Source: Lepidodermella squamata
Taxonomy: Eukaryota > Animalia > Gastrotricha
Reading direction: 5' to 3'
Length of the DNA: 64,000 nt
NCBI GenBank assembly: GCA_047495785.1
Contig: JBLDXI010000029.1
Span: forward strand, 372,001 to 436,000
A program made the translations under genes and the position numbers. Position 1 is the stretch's first letter; every line of letters begins with the position of its first letter. The notes beneath the pieces are model-generated. The model saw only the letters and a program-made list of their open reading frames with translations. It did no database searches and was not told where the DNA came from. This document shows positions 58,101 through 64,000 of this stretch, piece by piece.

Positions 58101-61100
58101 CGCGCCGATTTTTTGTTGTCGCGAAAATTTGTTATTTTTTTCGGCCAGCTAGATTCTAGCTAAACCGCGCGCGCGATAGTCTGATGATACCATCGTGTAG
58201 TATACCAGGAAATCTCAGCTCATGCATCTTGCGCGCATTAATAAATGACAATGTTTTTGCTGCGTCTTCGCCATCTATCAATCGCAAGGTGCAAGCGAGC
58301 CGCGGGATCAATTATTTAAAAACACAAACGCGCGCAAATAACCGAAGAAGCCAACCGCAAATTTCGGCATATATAAATAAATACGCTTCTCTGCCTGCCT
58401 GCCTGGTCGCGCGCGTCATTTCGCAGCACGAGGTGGCAGAAATAATCAACGGCAAATAATAAAATAGCTGAGGGAGAAACCGAGCCACCACGCCAATTTC
58501 GAGTAATAATTACGACTAACGACTACCTCGCAGTTCTGCAAGCGTCTGGTTTCCAAGTTTAATGACTTATAGGGAACACCAGTCCATCAAGAAGAACCGG
58601 CATTTTCCCAATATCTACCGAAAAATTGGACCGAATAATGGGGAAAATCCGAAAAATTAATAGATTTTCCGGTAAGATAGTGAAACATAGAAATTTCAGA
58701 AAACGTAAGCTTCTCTCATTTTCAAGGTAAAATTTTCGAAAATTCGAAATTCGGCGTTCGCATAGTTTCAATATTTACAAATTGAACAGATTTTTAGAAA
58801 AGCTGGATTTAACAGAAAATTGGCGAAAAATACAGTACAGAGTGTGATGATGAACAAGTGAAACCGAGCGGTTTCTTTTTACTGTAGCCATAGCAGTTTG
58901 GTAGATTGGTGCACATGAGCAGAAAACGGAGTTTTGTAGCAAGGCTAATTTATTGCTGAACAAATACGTAGCTTAGTCGCAATTCAGTTTGTTTGCATGT
59001 GTGCAAACTCGCAAAAGAGCCGTCGCAAACGCTGTTTGCTGTAGCAGCCGATGCACAAAAAAAGCGACGACGCGCGTGCACGAAACTGCAACAAAAGCTG
59101 GTATATATATATATATACTTACATCAGACTGGTCGGAATTGTTACAGAGAGTGACAAAGAAAAAGGCAAATACAGTGTACACATTTTGTTTCAACTGCAG
59201 CAGTGAGCAGTGAGAGAGTGAGTGTAACGAGTAAGTTTCAAACACAGCCAAGTAAGTGCTCGGCGAAAGCAGCTCGTGAAATAAATGAACAGTGTGTCCA
59301 GTTTGAAGAGATGATGCACGGCCAAACAAGTTTTGCGAACGCTTCAACCGCGTGACCGATTCAACAGGTGTAAGACGTTTCAGTTGATAAGGCCACAGCG
59401 AGAGATAGAAAAAAAGAAACTCGAAAAGTGGTGCTAGTTGAGGCCGACCCGCCTCACGCAAAAATAATCCTCATATGCCCATTTCGCTAATTTGTGTATT
59501 TCTCAACGCATGACAGGGCGCAAAACCGTTGTTTTAGTGCCAACCAAAGCCTTTAACAAATTTGTTGAATAAGTAATTCCTCGAGTTTTGAAATGTAGCC
59601 GAATTGAATAAAACCAACTTTTTATACGAATTTTTTGAAATGTAAAATTCTTCCTAGGAGTTTATAATTGAACAAAATTGAAATAGCCTCTCGAAAGCCT
59701 CTAATACCCCAAAAATAATATATGCTTGTTTTTATCAATTTATAAGAGCCCAATAATCGATCTAGCATTTTGGCAGCTAACAAAAAGGTTCAATTTGAAA
59801 GCAAATTTCGAAACAGCGGAAAAATTATGAAAAAATGTGCACTGAACAACATCAAAACAACCGGAATTTTGGAGTTGATGATACTTCAAAAAATATTAGA
59901 AAAAAATTGTAGTGAAAAATGCTGGAGTTTTCAGTGGAAAGAACAGTAGTGTGGGCGGTGATTTTCCAGTCCCAGCACCGGCTCATGACCGGTTTGTGGC
60001 AGGTGTTCAAATAATGAGGAGGCGAGCAATTTTTTTCTCGACAAAATCAGCGGTGGCTAACCAAACTTGTCAAGATTCTATCTCTCGTTTTTTTCGGCGA
60101 AATGATGGCGTGTAAAAGCTTTCGTTGGCACGTGTTCTTTGTTGACATGATGAGAAGAGATAAGATGAGATGAGAGCGAGAGAGAGATAGAGAGAGATGA
60201 AAATCAAAAGGCAAGCAGGTGTTGTATCAAGTCGGCTTACGTTGATGCTTCAACAGGTGAGGCTATTACGGCAACAACAATAACATCATAATATAACTAC
60301 GACGATGATAATGATGATGATGACGACGATGACGAAGAATGAAAAATATTAACTAATTTTCAAAGACTTAATTGACCCTCGTGAGTGCTAATACATGATA
60401 CAAGTACTGTTTTTGCCGACTAAAACAAGCGGCGGCGAGTAGAGCCATCGTATCTCTCTCTCATCACCGGCGGTTTGACGCAGGTGAACGGGCAAAAATT
60501 AGCAGTCCCGTGGTTGTGGCAGTGCCGAGGGTGAAATTATTGCGTATATAGCACCACGCCACGGCATCGTTGCATTATTTTTACATTTTTCGCCGTACGA
60601 CGACGCGTGCTAGCGACGCATGACAAAAGTACGGTGTCTAGGCCTGTCTGCGAGCTGGAAAAATTATGATTATATTCCTCGACGGCTGCGTTATACTACC
60701 GCTCGTAGGCCACAGGTGACACTTTGAGCCGCTTTTTGCCGCCGGGCAGCTGCAAAATAACGCCGGCGCGATGATGCCTCCCGGCACTCAGTTGCAAAGC
60801 GCGACAAAAAATCTCGCCTGCGAGCTGAGAAACGACGTAAAATGCCGATAAACCAGGCCATTTAACGTTTGTATATAGAAAAGCCCGCCTTACTAAGTTC
60901 AAAATTGAATGCGCTTTCGCCAAGAACCAAATGGTTCGTTATATAATACGTTGAAAATAAATATTCTCGAGAAATACATATTTTAAGGGAATTTCAAATA
61001 ATTTCGGATTGACCTAACATTGAGCCAATGACTTCAAAATTCGAGAAAAAATTAGACCATCAAGTGCATGTTTTGCTATTTTTGCCATTACTGGCAGATT

Positions 61101-61848
61101 CAATTTTTGATATCCTACTAAAAATATATCATTTTTAAGCGATTTTATAGAACTTCAAAAATGGAGTTTTTCAATTTTACAGGAATTTCTGAAATTTTGT
61201 TAAAAATCCCCAAAAAATAATAAAAGTTCATATTACAGCGCCCTAATTATTTGAGAGTTATCCCCCGACCTAGAAGTAAAACTAAAATGTCTAGCAAAAA
61301 CTCAAATAAAACAGGGGCGCAAATGTTATATTTGGGACGGCTTACGATTTTCGACATTTTACAGTTTACCATCGTGACAAGGTCATAACCAATCTTAGCG
61401 ACAGAAATAGTACAGCGATTATTTATGGTGATTACGATATTAACTAGGGTGTTTAGTATGCAAACAAAATTTCAAAGCAAAGTGTACGCACCTTGACGCC
61501 GGCGATCGTGCTCGGGCAAGTCACGACTTGCGGCGCGCCGTACATGTTGTTCTGCAGTTGCTGCAGCAATTGCTGGTGCTGCTGCGACACGACTGGCTGC
61601 TGCGATTGCTGTTGCTGTTGCAGCAGTTGACTTAGATTCGCCGCTCCGATAGGCACGCCGTTCAGCAAAAACTGCCCGCCGACTTGCTGCTGCAACTGCG
61701 CGAGGTCGGCGGCGTTTATCAAGGTGGGCTGTTGCTGCGGCTGCTGCTGCTGTTGTTGTAGCTGCTGAAGTTGGGCTGGCGTGATGCCGGTCGCCGTTTG
61801 TTGCTGTTGCATTCCGCCGAGGAAGCGCAGCAAACTTAGGGTCTCCAT
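52156..61848 (-). CDS. PTBP1: Polypyrimidine tract-binding protein (4 RRMs) with poly-Q N-terminus; about 9 exons, including 61492-61848, 55722-56492 and 53254-53287
   Basis: GVK|R and DSDAKKVR bipartite [46 protein letters not shown]|[11 protein letters not shown]|[53 protein letters not shown]. Confidence 0.96.
53290..53528 (-). promoter_or_regulatory. AG-exclusion zone / splicing-regulatory tract upstream of the 34-nt PTBP exon
   Basis: No AG dinucleotide on the transcript strand for 239 nt; contains (CCTG)n and (CTA)n tracts; branch-point-like CTTAAT near 53512-53517. Confidence 0.75.
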
Positions 61849-64000
61849 TTTGCGTAGCGAGGTCGAAGAGCAGGAGTCACGATCGAATTTTTCTAATTTA
61901 CCAAACTCCTGCCTCCGATATTTTTCCACAAATATATAATACTGAGACAACAAAAATCTATCAAAAATTTAATAACGAATCAAAACGTGTTCAAAATCGA
62001 CAAAATGGGATTAATAGAGCGAAAAAATTCCGTTGAAGGGCTCAAAACGAAGAAGAAACGATTGCCCGGAATAAAGATATTCGAATTTGAATTAAATACA
62101 AAATTCAACCTTCAAAGCTTTAAACGCCTAATTTGAAAAATCCATGGGAAAACTTTCGCGATTATCCCTTAGAATGAGATGAGTAAGAATTTTTCAAGGA
62201 TTATGATGACAGTCACGATCCAAAAGGCTCTAAAAGGCAAAATTGATTCCCATGGTTTCTGAGAACGGAATGAGTTCATCAACAATTTTCAAATTCGAAA
62301 TTCATTTTTCAAGAATCTGAAAAGCGAAACCTAAAAAGCAATTATTATCAAATTTATCGTTAATTACAATCAAATTAATACAATTACCATTAGCTATGAA
62401 ATGAGGGAGAATATTATTCGAAATCAATTTGAGGCAAGGTCTTGAAATATTATATTTTCCCTTGGGTAACATGGGTTAAGGCGGATATAAATAGGGAAAT
62501 AACAATAAAAAGTAATTAGGACGAAACGAACTGAAACAAAAGACACCAGTGATTATTTACTCGAGTGACTTGAGGCCGGAAACAGGTAGAGAAAAAACGC
62601 CTGAAAATAGCTAATTAGAAAACAATTCCGATGATTAGCAACAATAGCGGGCGGTTTTTGAGGCAGCGGAAAAAATGAAGGCATGCGACTCAAGTGAGGC
62701 TTGTTGGCGGTATTTCAACAATTTTTTTGCGTTGTAATTAATACATACAAGCAAACCAGCTGCCATTATACGCAGCTAGCACTTGTAGTCAGCCGATTAA
62801 GACCACTGCAAGGCGGATCATATAAGGCAAACATACGCGTCGAGTACAATAGAAAAACGTCCCTGCGTGTGTAAAAAGACATAGGATCGGCTTTCCTGTC
62901 ATCATCATCATCATCATCGTCGTCAACCGACTGTTATATAGCAGTAATTAGCGCACTAATTTCGTAGTAGTAGTGGTATAGTAGTGGTGGTAGTTATGGC
63001 ATAAATAAAGGCGGCGGCGGGTGATCTTGCGCCTCTCACAAAACAACGCCCCTCGATTTATAAACGGGAATTAACGCGGCGAAAAGCCACCAACAACAAA
63101 GACAGCCGTGTCCCATCGAGACCGATTATAGACCGCGTACGACTACGGCAGTCGAAGTAGTATAGCAGTGACTCATCGCACCGGTTTTTGTTAGCGCGAG
63201 GCAAACACGGGTTAAGTAACACTCGCCTGGGTGTTTACGGAGCGCACACGGGGTGATAGGTCAGATTGCACGCGATTACCAGGCGAAGGGCTGGGTTAAT
63301 CTACTACTGCTGCATTCCACAACTCGAGCCGGGCCTATCTGCAGCTATCAACGCTGCTGTTGTTGATGTTGTTGATGTTTCTATTACCACTACTACTGCT
63401 ACGAGAGTGCGCTCTATTTATCATCTGATAATTAACTCTTCAGGTGCCGACGACCGGCTTCGCTGGTACGCGCCCGGGTGTCGGGTAACACTGATAACAG
63501 CCATTATGCGCCGCATTATGAACCCGCCAAAATTGTCTATTCGCGATCAAATAACGCGGTGTAATTGTATGCTAATGTAATTCGGAACGAAAATCGGCAA
63601 AAAAGGCATGGAATAAGGTCATTAAGCAATTTATTCAAAATTTGCATAAATTTGCATATTAATTTTCAAGCTTTTATAATGAATTAGCTAGATTAATTAA
63701 AATTATATCTTCGAAAAATGAAAAAATGAGAACTCGCGTCTCATTAAAAAGAACATGCGATGAATAGGTCGATAATGAAAATTATCTCAATAGGCTAAGC
63801 TAAAATTGACTCGTTAAATGGGGTTAATCATGAGCCAGTGAGCCAGTGATGTAAAATGAAAAATATTATCAAATTCAAGTGAATCAGAAAATAATTGAAA
63901 AGTAAGTTTGAAGGTGTTTACATTGTTAACAACAAAAACGCGGCGGCAGCTAACAAAAATTGTCTGAAAAGCACTTGAAATTTCTCCGAATGAATTTTAC

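Noticed and set aside
56840-63580. Numerous 60-160-aa ORFs in PTBP intron 1 and upstream (other than the PTBP exon at 61492-61848)
   Set aside because: Random-looking translations from GC-rich regulatory DNA and microsatellites.

Overview
This is a gene-dense window of an animal (invertebrate, probably spiralian) nuclear genome with short GT-AG introns. Protein genes in order: two tandem secreted temptin-domain/Cys-rich/Kunitz genes (+), an 8-exon vitellogenin (+), AHI1/jouberin (-), CREB (+), an 83-aa single-TM ORF (+), NDUFB7 (+), a decaying tandem family of SOCS-box proteins (mostly -), transportin (-), two secreted Cu/Zn-SODs (+), a divergent GABA-B-like class C GPCR (+), DEK (-), a TM/coiled-coil gene (+) and PTBP (-). 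Non-coding content missed by the ORF track is the most interesting part. (1) Six box C/D snoRNAs lie in six consecutive transportin introns, with guides matching 28S rRNA (SNORD26/81/29/41-equivalent sites); in one paralog the D-guide is complementary to U6 snRNA instead. (2) One vitellogenin intron holds an antisense U2 snRNA gene and a tRNA-Gly gene, separated by a Ginger2-like deletion-derivative transposon. (3) The 34-nt PTBP autoregulatory exon is present, with a ~240-nt AG-exclusion zone. (4) CREB-smORF-NDUFB7 has an operon-like layout. (5) Several MITEs are present, including a hairpin-ended element nested in another repeat. All calls were made by eye from motifs and recalled reference sequences; no database searches were run.
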